Source: an uncultured Elusimicrobia bacterium (GTDB lineage Bacteria > Elusimicrobiota > Elusimicrobia > UBA1565 > UBA9628). From it: DNA of 64,000 bases. The stretch is from NCBI GenBank assembly GCA_903881545.1, contig CAIRTQ010000094.1, positions 1,479 through 65,478 of the forward strand, read 5' to 3'. The notes beneath the pieces are model-generated. The model was not told the DNA's origin. It did no database searches and saw only the letters and a list, made by a program, of their open reading frames with translations. Position numbers and translations under genes: made by a program. Below are positions 1-10,202 of the stretch, one piece after another. How positions within the stretch are numbered: position 1 is the first letter of the stretch; every line of letters starts with the position of its first letter.

Positions 1-98
1 GCTTGCGCTCCACCAGCCCCCGGGCGATATCTCCCGCCACCTTCACATCGGGCGCTGTCACGAGGACGACGCGGAAATGCGTGCCTGGGATCATAACT

Positions 99-1124
99 TC
101 ATCCCACCACTTTCTTAAGATTGCGCCCCTGGGCCGGCCGCACGATGCCCCGGTCCGTCACGATGGCCGTCACCAGGTCGTGCGGCGTAACATCAAAAGC
201 GAAATGCCGGGCCCGCGCGCCCACCGGAGCGATAGGATGCCCGAAGATGCGCAGGACCTCGTCGGAACTCCTCTCCTCGATAGGGATGCGCGACCCGTCC
301 GGCGTGGTCATGTCCACGGTCGTAGCCGGCGCCACCACGAAGAACGGAATGCCGTGATGCCGCGCCAAGATTGCCAGGCCGTAAGTCCCGATCTTGTTGC
401 ACACATCCGCGTTGGCCGCTATGCGGTCCGCGCCCACGATCACCGCGTCTATGCCGCAGGTCTTCATCACATGGGCCGCCATGTTGTCCGTGATCAAAGT
501 GGCGGGCACTCCCCCTTGCATCAGCTCCCACATGGTCAGGCGGCTGCCTTGCAGGTAAGGCCGGGTCTCGCAGGAGAATACCTCGCTTACCTTGCCCACA
601 TGATGCGCGTAGCGGATGACGCCCACCGCGGTGCCCAGACCACCCGTGGCCAAAGCGCCGGCGTTGCAATGGGTCATGACGCGGGAGCCCCGGCGCAGAA
701 GAGAGGCCCCGAGCACGGCCATGCGCTGGTTGCCGGCGATGTCCTCCCGGTGGAAGGCTTCGGCGGCGCGCGTCACCCTGCGGACCAGGTCTTGCTCTGA
801 GGCCAGCGCCGCGGCGGCCAGCATCGCGTCTACGCCGTGCATCAGGTTGACCGCGGTGGGGCGGGCGCGGCGCAGGATGCGGCCGGCGCGGGCCAGCTCC
901 CGGCGGCCGCATCTAGCGGCCAAGGCCATGCCGTAGGCCGCGGCCACGCCGATGAGCGGCGCGCCCCGCAAGGCCATGCAGCGGATGGCGCGGGCGACCG
1001 CGCCTGCGTTGCGGCAGGTGAGATAGTGGATGCGCCGCGGCAGGAGCCGCTGGTCGAGCATGAGCAAGCGGTCCCCCTTCCAGGTGATGTGCGCGATCGG
1101 GTCCTTCAGGGGGAATGGCTTCAT
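99..1124 (-). CDS. mtnA: S-methyl-5-thioribose-1-phosphate isomerase (eIF-2B alpha/beta/delta-like family)
   Basis: 341 aa. N-terminus MKPFPLKDPIAHITW...LDQRLLP and the PLIGVAAAYG motif are typical of MtnA/eIF-2B-like isomerases. Confidence 0.85.
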   Translation of the reverse strand: MKPFPLKDPIAHITWKGDRLLMLDQRLLPRRIHYLTCRNAGAVARAIRCMALRGAPLIGVAAAYGMALAARCGRRELARAGRILRRARPTAVNLMHGVDAMLAAAALASEQDLVRRVTRAAEAFHREDIAGNQRMAVLGASLLRRGSRVMTHCNAGALATGGLGTAVGVIRYAHHVGKVSEVFSCETRPYLQGSRLTMWELMQGGVPATLITDNMAAHVMKTCGIDAVIVGADRIAANADVCNKIGTYGLAILARHHGIPFFVVAPATTVDMTTPDGSRIPIEERSSDEVLRIFGHPIAPVGARARHFAFDVTPHDLVTAIVTDRGIVRPAQGRNLKKVVG

Positions 1125-1140
1125 ATGCGAGTATTTATAT

Positions 1141-1191
1141 CAAAAATGCGGACGCCCGCGCGGGATTCGGCGTCTTCCCGCGCGGGCGTCC
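1141..1191 (-). terminator. Rho-independent terminator candidate downstream of the DUF167 gene (14-bp perfect GC stem, 13-nt loop, then a T5 tract on the minus strand)
   Basis: Inverted repeat GGACGCCCGCGCGG / CCGCGCGGGCGTCC at about 1150-1191. On the minus strand it is followed by GCATTTTTGATA (plus strand AAAAA at 1142-1146). Confidence 0.5.
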
Positions 1192-1220
1192 GGCCGTGCC
1201 CGTCGTCTGTGGCAGGCTTT

Positions 1221-1484
1221 TTACGGAATCGACTCCATGACCCGCTTGAGCTGCTCCTCGGTCCGGCCCACGATTTCCACGGTCTTCTCGCGGCCGTTGG
1301 CGCCGCGCAGGATGTTGACCCGCCGCGCCGGAACATCGAAGAATTCGGCTAGGTAGTTCTTCAGCATGACGTTGGCCTTCTCGTCTATCGCGGGGGCCGT
1401 GACCTTGACCCTAAGAACGCTTCCAATGCGGCTGACCACCTCGTTGTCTTCTGCGTTTGGGATGACACGGACTTTCACCATCAT
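1221..1484 (-). CDS. DUF167 (YggU-like) small protein
   Basis: 87 aa with a YggU-like sequence (VKVTAPAIDEKAN...L..YLAEFF). It lies immediately downstream of yggS, as in many bacteria. Confidence 0.7.
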   Translation of the reverse strand: MMVKVRVIPNAEDNEVVSRIGSVLRVKVTAPAIDEKANVMLKNYLAEFFDVPARRVNILRGANGREKTVEIVGRTEEQLKRVMESIP

Positions 1485-1508
1485 TTGGCCGACCTCCCTA
1501 TTCGTAAT

Positions 1509-2195
1509 CTATTGCGAAAAAACGGCCGACCCGACCCGGACCAGCGTGGCGCCTTCCTCTACCGCAATCTCGAAGTCGCCGCTCATGCCCATGGAAAGCT
1601 GGGTGTCTTCGCGGTCCGCGAAAAATCTGTCGAAGAGCTGTCGCATCCTGCGGAAGTGCGGCCGAGCGCTCTCCGGATTGTCCCCCTGCGGGGCGATGGC
1701 CATCAGTCCACGCAGTTCCAAGTGCGGATAAGCGGGCAAGGTTTCCAGAAGAGCCGGAAGTTCTTCCGGGCGCACGCCCGATTGCGTCTCGCTTTCGCTG
1801 AGTTTGACCTGGACCAGGACTGGAATGCGCCGGTCGAGCGCCGCCAGGGCCTTTTCCAGCGCCTGTGCCGTGCGCAAGGCGTCCAGCGAGTCCACGGTGT
1901 CGAAGATCTCCGCCGCCTTGGCGGCCTTGTTGGTCTGCAGGTGGCCGATGAGCCTCCAGCGGACTTGCGCTGACGACTCGGCCAGGGCCAGCTTCTGGGC
2001 CTGGGCCGCCTGGATCCGGCTTTCGCCGACCTCCGAAACCAATCCTGTCGCGATCGCCTCTCGGACTTGCTGGGGCGACGCATACTTCGTCACCACCACC
2101 AAGCTGACGCGTTTGGGATCCCGGCCGGAGTGTTCTGCCGCGGCGCTGATCCGATAGCGTATTTTTTTTAAGTTGTCAAGGATCAAGCAGGACAC
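1509..2195 (-). CDS. yggS: YggS-family pyridoxal-phosphate homeostasis protein (PLPBP)
   Basis: 228 aa. The NLKKIRYRISAAAEHSGRDPKRVSLVVVTKYASPQQV region aligns with the E. coli YggS N-terminus. GTG start. Confidence 0.85.
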   Translation of the reverse strand: MSCLILDNLKKIRYRISAAAEHSGRDPKRVSLVVVTKYASPQQVREAIATGLVSEVGESRIQAAQAQKLALAESSAQVRWRLIGHLQTNKAAKAAEIFDTVDSLDALRTAQALEKALAALDRRIPVLVQVKLSESETQSGVRPEELPALLETLPAYPHLELRGLMAIAPQGDNPESARPHFRRMRQLFDRFFADREDTQLSMGMSGDFEIAVEEGATLVRVGSAVFSQ

Positions 2196-2229
2196 TATTA
2201 TACCACAGAAATCCCCTCTAGAAACAACC

Positions 2230-2257
2230 GCCCCCGGTCCCTGACGGGACCGGGGGC
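2230..2257 (-). terminator. Strong GC hairpin (12-bp perfect stem, 4-nt loop) downstream of groEL; likely groESL terminator
   Basis: GCCCCCGGTCCC-tgac-GGGACCGGGGGC. On the minus strand it is followed by GGTTGTTTCT. Confidence 0.45.
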
Positions 2258-2307
2258 GTGAGCTGCCGCAACGCCTTGCGATGTCGCAAGGCGCTGGCGC
2301 GTCTCGC

Positions 2308-3944
<1,637 letters not shown>

Positions 3945-3969
3945 TTACCTCTCTTCTAAATAAAGGAAT

Positions 3970-4281
3970 CTACTTAAGGATGCCGAGGATGTCGTCCTGA
4001 TGCATGATCAGGTGCTCGACATCGTCCATCTTGATCTCGTTGCCCGAGTACTTGCCGTAAAGGATGCGGTCCCCAGGCTTGACTTCCATGGCCAGGACCT
4101 TGCCGTCTTCGGTCACTTTGCCTTTACCCACGGCGACGACTTCGCCCTCTTGGGGCTTTTCCTTGGCCGTGTCGGGGATGATGATCCCTCCCCGCTTGGT
4201 TTCCTTCTGTTCCACTGGCTTGACCAGAACGCGGTCGCCCAGCGGCTGAATTTTTACTTTGCTCAGCGTTGCTTCTGCCAT
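3970..4281 (-). CDS. groES: Co-chaperonin GroES (Hsp10)
   Basis: 103 aa with a canonical GroES sequence ([13 protein letters not shown]...GKVTEDGKV). A GGAGG Shine-Dalgarno sits 8 nt upstream. Confidence 0.95.
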   Translation of the reverse strand: MAEATLSKVKIQPLGDRVLVKPVEQKETKRGGIIIPDTAKEKPQEGEVVAVGKGKVTEDGKVLAMEVKPGDRILYGKYSGNEIKMDDVEHLIMHQDDILGILK

Positions 4282-4325
4282 TTTTCTTTACCTCCGGATG
4301 TTCGACTTAGTTCTGCGAGCCTCAT

Positions 4326-4352
4326 CCTGGCACTCGACTGGATACACTGCTA
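4326..4352 (-). promoter_or_regulatory. Degenerate CIRCE-like inverted repeat (HrcA operator candidate) with a 9-nt spacer upstream of groES
   Basis: CTGGCACTC-N9-CACTGCTAT versus the CIRCE consensus TTAGCACTC-N9-GAGTGCTAA (13/18 match). It is positioned 45-70 nt upstream of the groES ATG. Confidence 0.3.
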
Positions 4353-4429
4353 TCATAGCAATAGGATATTAAAGTTGTCAATCGATTTGTTCGATTGCTA
4401 ATTATGAATGATGGCCCTGATTCTAATCC

Positions 4430-4458
4430 TTGCCAGGGTTGGACATTTGATATATAAT
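4430..4458 (+). promoter_or_regulatory. Sigma70-type promoter for the leaderless mRNA of the 4467 gene (-35 TTGCCA, 17-nt spacer, -10 TATAAT, 8 nt to ATG)
   Basis: TTGCCA at 4430-4435 and TATAAT at 4453-4458, with the ATG at 4467 and no Shine-Dalgarno. Confidence 0.45.
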
Positions 4459-4466
4459 CCAGAAGG

Positions 4467-5630
4467 ATGCTGAACAGAAAGGCGCTGCTCACTCTGGCGG
4501 GCTTGGCGTTGGGGCTGGTTTCCCGATGCTTCGCCATCCAGCCGGAAACGGACAAACGCATCATCGCTGGCCTTGACGCGGCCTACAGCATGGACTTTGA
4601 CCGGGCCGCCGAGCTGTTTTCGGAGGCGGACAGCCTGGAGCCCGAGCATCCGGCCGGCCCGTTCTTCCTCGCCTCGCTACAGTGGTTCAAATATTCGCAG
4701 AACGTGGATGTCCCCAAGATGGCGGGCGAGTTCGAGCCGAGGTTCAACCAGCTCATCAATCAGGCCTTGGACCGAGCGCATAAGATGTACGCGAAAAACC
4801 ACGACGACCCCGAGGCGAACTTCTACCTGGGCGCGGTCTACGGCATGAAGGGGCGCTGGCTGATGCTGCAGCGCAGGTGGATACGCGCGGCGCACTACGG
4901 CTACAAGGGTTACAAGTACTTCAAGAAGACGATTGACCTCGACCCCGAGTATTACGACGCCTATCTGGGATTGGGGATGTACGATTATTATTCGGACACC
5001 TTGCCCACGGTGTTGAAATTCACCGCTCGTCTCATCGCCCGCGGGGACAAGAAACGAGGGCTGCGCTATATAGAGACCACCCTGCAGAAAGGGCACTACA
5101 GCGTCACGGAAGCCAAATTATTCATGATCAGCATTCTGGTCGGCTACGAAAAGAAGCCCGAACAGGCTTTGTCCCTTATCTTTGATCTGCGCCGGGAAAG
5201 GCCGGCGAACCTCTTCTTCATCCTGATGGAAATGCCAGCGCGCATGGTCGCGCGGGATTGGGACGGGGCCGCCGCTTTCGGGGAGTACCTGGCCACCCGC
5301 GTGCGCGAGACCGCTTCCGCCAAGCCCCATGTCAGCCTCTTCGACCTTTATTTGGGCGAGGCTTATCTGGGGGCCAAGGATAATGCGCGGGCGCTGGTCA
5401 TTTTCAACCGCTGCATCGATCAGGCGCCCGAGCCCCAGAAGGCGTCAGTCACGTTCTGCCATCTGCGCCGCGCCCAGCTCTTCGACCTGTTGGGCCGGCG
5501 GGACGATGCGCTCGAGGACTATTCTTTCGTCAAGAAACGGCCGGACTTCTTCGATTCCCAGGATAAGGCCGCGCGCGGCCTCAAGGAACAGGCCACATAC
5601 GAGGAAGTCGTCAAGCAGATGCAGGAGTGA
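4467..5630 (+). CDS. Secreted TPR-like hypothetical protein (signal peptide)
   Basis: 387 aa with an N-terminal signal peptide (MLNRKALLTLAGLALGLVSRCFA). Helical repeat-like composition (YYDAYLGLGMYDYY). No family recognised with certainty. Confidence 0.55.
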   Translation: MLNRKALLTLAGLALGLVSRCFAIQPETDKRIIAGLDAAYSMDFDRAAELFSEADSLEPEHPAGPFFLASLQWFKYSQNVDVPKMAGEFEPRFNQLINQALDRAHKMYAKNHDDPEANFYLGAVYGMKGRWLMLQRRWIRAAHYGYKGYKYFKKTIDLDPEYYDAYLGLGMYDYYSDTLPTVLKFTARLIARGDKKRGLRYIETTLQKGHYSVTEAKLFMISILVGYEKKPEQALSLIFDLRRERPANLFFILMEMPARMVARDWDGAAAFGEYLATRVRETASAKPHVSLFDLYLGEAYLGAKDNARALVIFNRCIDQAPEPQKASVTFCHLRRAQLFDLLGRRDDALEDYSFVKKRPDFFDSQDKAARGLKEQATYEEVVKQMQE

Positions 5631-5674
5631 CGGCCCGACTCAGGCCTTGTCGCTGAACTGTCGGCTGGACGCGC

Positions 5675-6565
5675 TCAGGGCTTGCGCTCGTGCACCTTGT
5701 GCTCCTTCCAGAAATTCTGGATGAAAGCCCAGCCTTCCTCGGCTTTCTCCACCATTTTGAACAGGCGCGTATCCTCCCAGCTGATCATCCCGGTCTCGGC
5801 CAGAAAGTCGAAGTCGATGGCGCGCTCCCAGAATTCCCGGCCGAAAAGCACGATGGGGATGGGCCGCTTCTTGCCGGTCTGCACCAAGGTCAAGGTCTCG
5901 AAGAGCTCGTCTAAGGTGCCGTAGCCGCCCGGAAACGCCACCAGCGCCTTGGACCGCATCATGAAGTGCATCTTGCGCAAGGCGAAGTAGTGGAATTGGA
6001 AGGAGAGCTCGGGCGTGATGTAAGGGTTGGGGTACTGCTCATGGGGCAATGTGATGTTGAGTCCGATGGAGCGGCAGCCGGTCTCGAACGCCCCTCGGTT
6101 GGCCGCCTCCATGATGCCCGGCCCCCCCCCGGTCACGATGACGAACTCCAGGCGCTTGTCCGATCGCTGGGCGCGGGAGATGATGGCGGCGAAGCGGCGC
6201 GCCTCCTCGTAGTAGGCGGAGAACCCTACCTTCATCCGGGCGGCCTTTACCGCCTGGGCCAGGTCGTAGTCGCCGGGAGCGGCCTTGGCCTTGCCCTGAG
6301 CCTCGGCCAGTTCCTTGCGGGCCTGGTCGGGCGGGACCACCCGCGCCGAGCCGAAGACCACGATCGTGGACTTGACCTTGTTCTGGGTCAGGACCATCTC
6401 GGGTTTGAGCAGCTCCAGCTGTAGGCGGATCGGGCGAAGTTCATGGCGCTGCATGAACTTAGGGTCCTCATAGGCCTTGAGATAGGCCGGAGAGGACTGG
6501 ATGCGGTCCAGCAGCCTCTTTTTTTCCGCCGGATCCAAATTGCTGTTTCGTGATATCGGTTTCAT
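5675..6565 (-). CDS. LOG-family / PpnN-like Rossmann-fold nucleotide 5'-monophosphate nucleosidase (TIGR00730 family)
   Basis: Contains VIVTGGGPGIMEAANRGA and the PGGYGTLDEL motif. The start is taken at the ATG (MKPISRNS) that overlaps the dctM TGA stop as ATGA. The longer 410-aa ORF N-terminus is antisense-like nonsense overlapping dctM. Confidence 0.75.
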   Translation of the reverse strand: MKPISRNSNLDPAEKKRLLDRIQSSPAYLKAYEDPKFMQRHELRPIRLQLELLKPEMVLTQNKVKSTIVVFGSARVVPPDQARKELAEAQGKAKAAPGDYDLAQAVKAARMKVGFSAYYEEARRFAAIISRAQRSDKRLEFVIVTGGGPGIMEAANRGAFETGCRSIGLNITLPHEQYPNPYITPELSFQFHYFALRKMHFMMRSKALVAFPGGYGTLDELFETLTLVQTGKKRPIPIVLFGREFWERAIDFDFLAETGMISWEDTRLFKMVEKAEEGWAFIQNFWKEHKVHERKP

Positions 6566-7833
6566 AGTATCCTCAGTAGGTCGGGTAGCCAAAGGCTCAG
6601 GCGCGGCAGGTAAGTGACCAGGGCCAATGCGACGACGAGTATGGCCCAGAACGGCATTGTGGCGCGGTAAAGCGACGGCAAGGATTTGTTGAAGCGTCGG
6701 CTGGACAGGAAGAGGTTGAGGCCCAAGGGCGGAGTCATGTAGCCTATTTCCAGATTGAGCAGGAACAGAGTTCCCAGGTGTATGGGATCGATGCCGTACT
6801 GCGCCGCCACCGGCACGATGATGGGCACCACGATGATGATGGCCGAGAATATCTCCACCATGTTGACCACCAGAAGGAAAACATTGAGCGCCGCCAGGAA
6901 GGCCCACTGGCCGTGCAAGTGGGCGCTCAGGAAGCGGAAGAGGAGCGCCGGGACTTCCGCGTCGACGAGATAGTTGGTCAGTCCCAGGGCGGTGCCCAGG
7001 ACGATGAGGATGGCGCCCACCAGCATCATGCTGCGGCGCACGATGCGGGGCAGTTCCCGCCAGTCCAGGTCGCGGTAGACCAGGACTTCCACGGCGACCA
7101 CGTAGAAAGCCATCACGGCGGCGGCTTCAGACGCAGTGAACTTGCCGCTGTAGATGCCGCCGATGATGACGAAGGGCAGAGGGATCTCATAGGCCGCCTC
7201 GCGCGCGGCCTTCCAGACCGCGGCAGCGCAAAACGGCGCGCGGGTCGCGCCTTGCCGCGAGGCCACCAGCATGGCATAGGCCGCCAGCACCGCCAGCAGG
7301 ACCAGCCCGGGCACCGCTGCCGCAGCGAAGAGCCGGTCGATGGAGACCTTGCCTACCAAGGAGTAGAGGATGATGGGCAGGCTCGGCGGGAACAACAGCC
7401 CCAGGCTGCCGGTGGTGGTCACCAGTCCCAAGGAGAAATCCTCGGGATAATTCTGCCGCCGCAGGAGTGGGTAGATGAGTCCGCCCAGCGCGATGATGGT
7501 GACGCCGGAAGCGCCCGTGAAGGCGGTGAAGAGCGCGCAGGACAAGAGCGCCGCGATGGCGACCCCCCCTGGGAGCCAGCCGGTCAGCGCTTCGGCCAGG
7601 GCCACGAGCCGCCGCGGCGCCCCGCTCTCGGCCAGGGCGAAGCCGGCGAAGGTGAAGAGCGGTATGGCGATCAACGACGGCAAGGTGGCGAGGCGGTAGA
7701 GCTCGATGATGACCGCGGTGGATGATATCTGAGCGCCGTGGAAGAGCCACAGGGCCAGCCCGCCCATGAGCGTAAAGATGGGCGCGCCGAGCAGCGCCAA
7801 GGCCAGGAACAAGGAGGCCGCGAGCCAGGTCAT
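6562..7833 (-). CDS. dctM: TRAP transporter large permease subunit (DctM family)
   Basis: 423 aa from MTWLAASLFLALALLG, with about 12 predicted TM helices and a DctM-like sequence. Upstream ORF extension judged spurious. Its start overlaps the dctQ stop as ATGA. Confidence 0.85.
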   Translation of the reverse strand: MTWLAASLFLALALLGAPIFTLMGGLALWLFHGAQISSTAVIIELYRLATLPSLIAIPLFTFAGFALAESGAPRRLVALAEALTGWLPGGVAIAALLSCALFTAFTGASGVTIIALGGLIYPLLRRQNYPEDFSLGLVTTTGSLGLLFPPSLPIILYSLVGKVSIDRLFAAAAVPGLVLLAVLAAYAMLVASRQGATRAPFCAAAVWKAAREAAYEIPLPFVIIGGIYSGKFTASEAAAVMAFYVVAVEVLVYRDLDWRELPRIVRRSMMLVGAILIVLGTALGLTNYLVDAEVPALLFRFLSAHLHGQWAFLAALNVFLLVVNMVEIFSAIIIVVPIIVPVAAQYGIDPIHLGTLFLLNLEIGYMTPPLGLNLFLSSRRFNKSLPSLYRATMPFWAILVVALALVTYLPRLSLWLPDLLRIL

Positions 7834-8333
7834 GAGGCCGGATCCTCGGAGGCGACCCGCGCCAGGCCGAGGCGCAATCCGGCGTGGATGGCCACAAGGG
7901 CGAACCCGACCGGCAGGATGGAAGCGAACGGCCAGCCCGGCACGGCGCTGTTGCCGATGCTGAATAAGGAACCGCCCGCAGCTCTCTCTTCGACCATGAA
8001 GGACCAGGAGGCCTTGGCGAGGACGAGCGACACCGCCACGGCGCTTAGACGCGCCAGCAGAGCCGCGGCGCCTCTGAGCCTGCCGGGCAGGCGGTCGGCC
8101 ATGGCCTCGAAGGAAAAGTGCTTCTCCTCGGCCGCGGCGCGCGCCGCGCCCAGGAAGCCGACCCAAAGGACGAGGTGGCGCAGCAAGGTGTCGCACCAGA
8201 GGATGCCGCCGCCGAAGAACTGGCGCAGGATGACCTGAAGGAAGGACATGGCCAACAGGAAGAATACGATGGCCACCAAGGCCGCGCTCTCAAGGCCGAG
8301 TAGGACGGACTCGGCCTTCTTCAATCTTTCCAC
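7830..8333 (-). CDS. dctQ: TRAP transporter small permease subunit (DctQ family)
   Basis: 167 aa with 4 TM segments, sitting between dctP and dctM. Confidence 0.75.
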   Translation of the reverse strand: MERLKKAESVLLGLESAALVAIVFFLLAMSFLQVILRQFFGGGILWCDTLLRHLVLWVGFLGAARAAAEEKHFSFEAMADRLPGRLRGAAALLARLSAVAVSLVLAKASWSFMVEERAAGGSLFSIGNSAVPGWPFASILPVGFALVAIHAGLRLGLARVASEDPAS

Positions 8334-8344
8334 AGCCGTTGGCC

Positions 8345-9349
8345 CTACCGGCGTCCCGTCCGGCGCTGGGCCAGAGCCGCTTCCACCCGTTCGAGGAGCT
8401 GGGCCGGGTAGAGCTTTCCCGCCAGTTCCCTTCGGGCTTGGCGGCCCAATTCGTCATAGCGCTTGAGGGTTTCGGGCGTGGGTTTTTGGGAAAGGAGGAG
8501 CCCCTGGTGCTGCAGGGCGACGAGCGCCTCGGTATTCTCTCGGCGGGAGAGGAGGTTCAGGCGCTTGAGGTGCTTGGCGCTGGTCTCGATGAGGGCCTTG
8601 CGGTCGGCCGGAGCCAGGCCGTCGCAGGCCTTGCGGGAGATGAGCACCGCGCCCGCGGAGTCCGCCATGGGGACGTCATAGATATACTTGGTGCGGCGGA
8701 ACCACTGCAGGGCGGTCACTCCCATGGGCGGGCCGTAGACGCCGTCCACCATCCCGGTTTCCAAGGAAGACATGACGTCCACCACGGACAGCGGCCGGGG
8801 AGTGACGTCGAGGACCTTGTAGGCGGCCTGGGCGATGGGGTCGCCCTCCCAGACCCACATCTTGGAACTCTTCATGTCCTCGGGGGTGTTGATGGGCTTC
8901 TTGCTGAAGACGTAGACCCAGCCCAGGTCGATCCAGCCGAGCAGGACGAACCCGCCTTTTTCGATAGCCCCGTCCAAGTCCTTGGCGAAGGATTGGCGGA
9001 TAAAGTCCGCCTCGGCGTTGTCCCGGAACAGCCAGGGCGCGTCAAGGATGCGCACCTCGGGAGCGATCTGGCCCAGGCCTACGCCCGTGAAGCCCGCCGC
9101 CTGAAGCTGGTTGATGCGTATCTTCTTGACCACGTCCATCTCGTCGCCCTGGACTCCGCCCGCGTAGATCTTGAATCTGACCCGGCCTTCCGTCTTGGCC
9201 TGGAGTTCCGCGTTGAGATCGTTTATGACTTTCAGCCAGGTAGAGCCTTCCGGCGCCAAGGTCGCGAATTTGATGACCTGGGTATCGGCCGCGCGCGCGG
9301 AGCCAGGCAGCCAGAGGCAGAAGATCAGAGCGAGGCTAGAAAAGGTCAT
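8345..9349 (-). CDS. dctP: TRAP transporter substrate-binding protein (DctP family; TatP(T)-type)
   Basis: 334 aa with a signal peptide and a DctP-like sequence (IKFATLAPEGSTW...). Confidence 0.85.
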   Translation of the reverse strand: MTFSSLALIFCLWLPGSARAADTQVIKFATLAPEGSTWLKVINDLNAELQAKTEGRVRFKIYAGGVQGDEMDVVKKIRINQLQAAGFTGVGLGQIAPEVRILDAPWLFRDNAEADFIRQSFAKDLDGAIEKGGFVLLGWIDLGWVYVFSKKPINTPEDMKSSKMWVWEGDPIAQAAYKVLDVTPRPLSVVDVMSSLETGMVDGVYGPPMGVTALQWFRRTKYIYDVPMADSAGAVLISRKACDGLAPADRKALIETSAKHLKRLNLLSRRENTEALVALQHQGLLLSQKPTPETLKRYDELGRQARRELAGKLYPAQLLERVEAALAQRRTGRR

Positions 9350-10202
9350 TGGCTTTCTCCAGGAGAGCGGCGGCCTTGAGCTTGGCCACCTCGTCGGCCA
9401 AGCGGGCCTGGGGCAGGCTGCCAGCGGGAGTCTCCCGCACTTTGGCGAGGAGGCTTTCGAACAGCGCCCTGTCCTGTAGGGCCACGGCCAGCGTCTTGGC
9501 CTTCAGGACGTAGGTCATGAGGTATTTGCCATCGGTGATTCTTTCGGCGGCGGCGAAACGGGCCTTGGCCTGTTCCGGGTCCCCCCCCAGAAGCCTGGGC
9601 CGGGAAGCGAAGTAGACGCCGAAAAAAAGGTCCGGCCCCGCGAAATAGTACGCCGGGTCCAGCTCATGGACCCGTTGCATCATGGCCACGGCTTGGGGCA
9701 GTTGCGCCAAGGCTTCGGGAGAATCCTTGGACAGGTTGATGAAGCTGGACCAGCAGAAGGCGGCCCAGAACAGGGCGGGCACGTCGGCCTTGGCGGCGGA
9801 CTTGAGGGCTTGGTCCAACTCATCAGCGGTGGACGCGGCGATCTTGGAGAAGCCGGGCCTGCGGCTCAGACTGCGCAGGGCGTAATCACGGCCCCGCAGG
9901 TAGAAGCCTTTGGCCCGTTCCGGTTGGGAATCCTCCACGAACAGGAATGCATAGCCGCCGAAGCCTTCCGCCGCGAGGCGGTTGAGGCGCTCGTCTTGCG
10001 GCGCGTTCTGGAGCAGGACCTCGATGAGTTTGAGCTGCGAGGCCATGGACTCGCGGGCGAATTGGGGGTCGGGCTCGTCGTAGACCGCCGAGGCGCCGCG
10101 GTCCAGCAATTGGCTGGTCGAACGCAAGGCCAGGGAATTGAAGCTGCACCCTGCCAGAGCAAAAAATGGAAGCAGGAGCGCGATTTTCTTCAAGCGGGCC
10201 AT
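9336..10202 (-). CDS. tatT: TatT-like TPR lipoprotein (T component of a TPAT, TPR-protein-associated TRAP transporter)
   Basis: 288 aa with a lipoprotein signal (LLLPFFALAGC) and helical TPR-like repeats. It overlaps the dctP start by 14 nt, matching TatT-TatP(T) organisation. Confidence 0.65.
   Translation of the reverse strand: MARLKKIALLLPFFALAGCSFNSLALRSTSQLLDRGASAVYDEPDPQFARESMASQLKLIEVLLQNAPQDERLNRLAAEGFGGYAFLFVEDSQPERAKGFYLRGRDYALRSLSRRPGFSKIAASTADELDQALKSAAKADVPALFWAAFCWSSFINLSKDSPEALAQLPQAVAMMQRVHELDPAYYFAGPDLFFGVYFASRPRLLGGDPEQAKARFAAAERITDGKYLMTYVLKAKTLAVALQDRALFESLLAKVRETPAGSLPQARLADEVAKLKAAALLEKANDLF

Noticed and set aside
3-800. 265-aa plus-strand ORF (and a nested 239-aa minus ORF at 193..912) covering the mtnA region
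   Set aside because: Arg/Pro/Gly/His-rich low-complexity translation antisense to, or out of frame with, a clearly conserved mtnA. Typical spurious ORF in high-GC DNA.
6566-6907. 114-aa N-terminal extension of the LOG-family ORF
   Set aside because: Wrong-frame-like composition overlapping the 3' end of dctM. The ATG of MKPISRNS overlaps the dctM TGA, giving a clean coupled start.
7834-8196. 121-aa N-terminal extension of the dctM ORF
   Set aside because: R/G/P-rich and overlaps dctQ. MTWLAASLF… begins the first TM helix and its ATG overlaps the dctQ stop.
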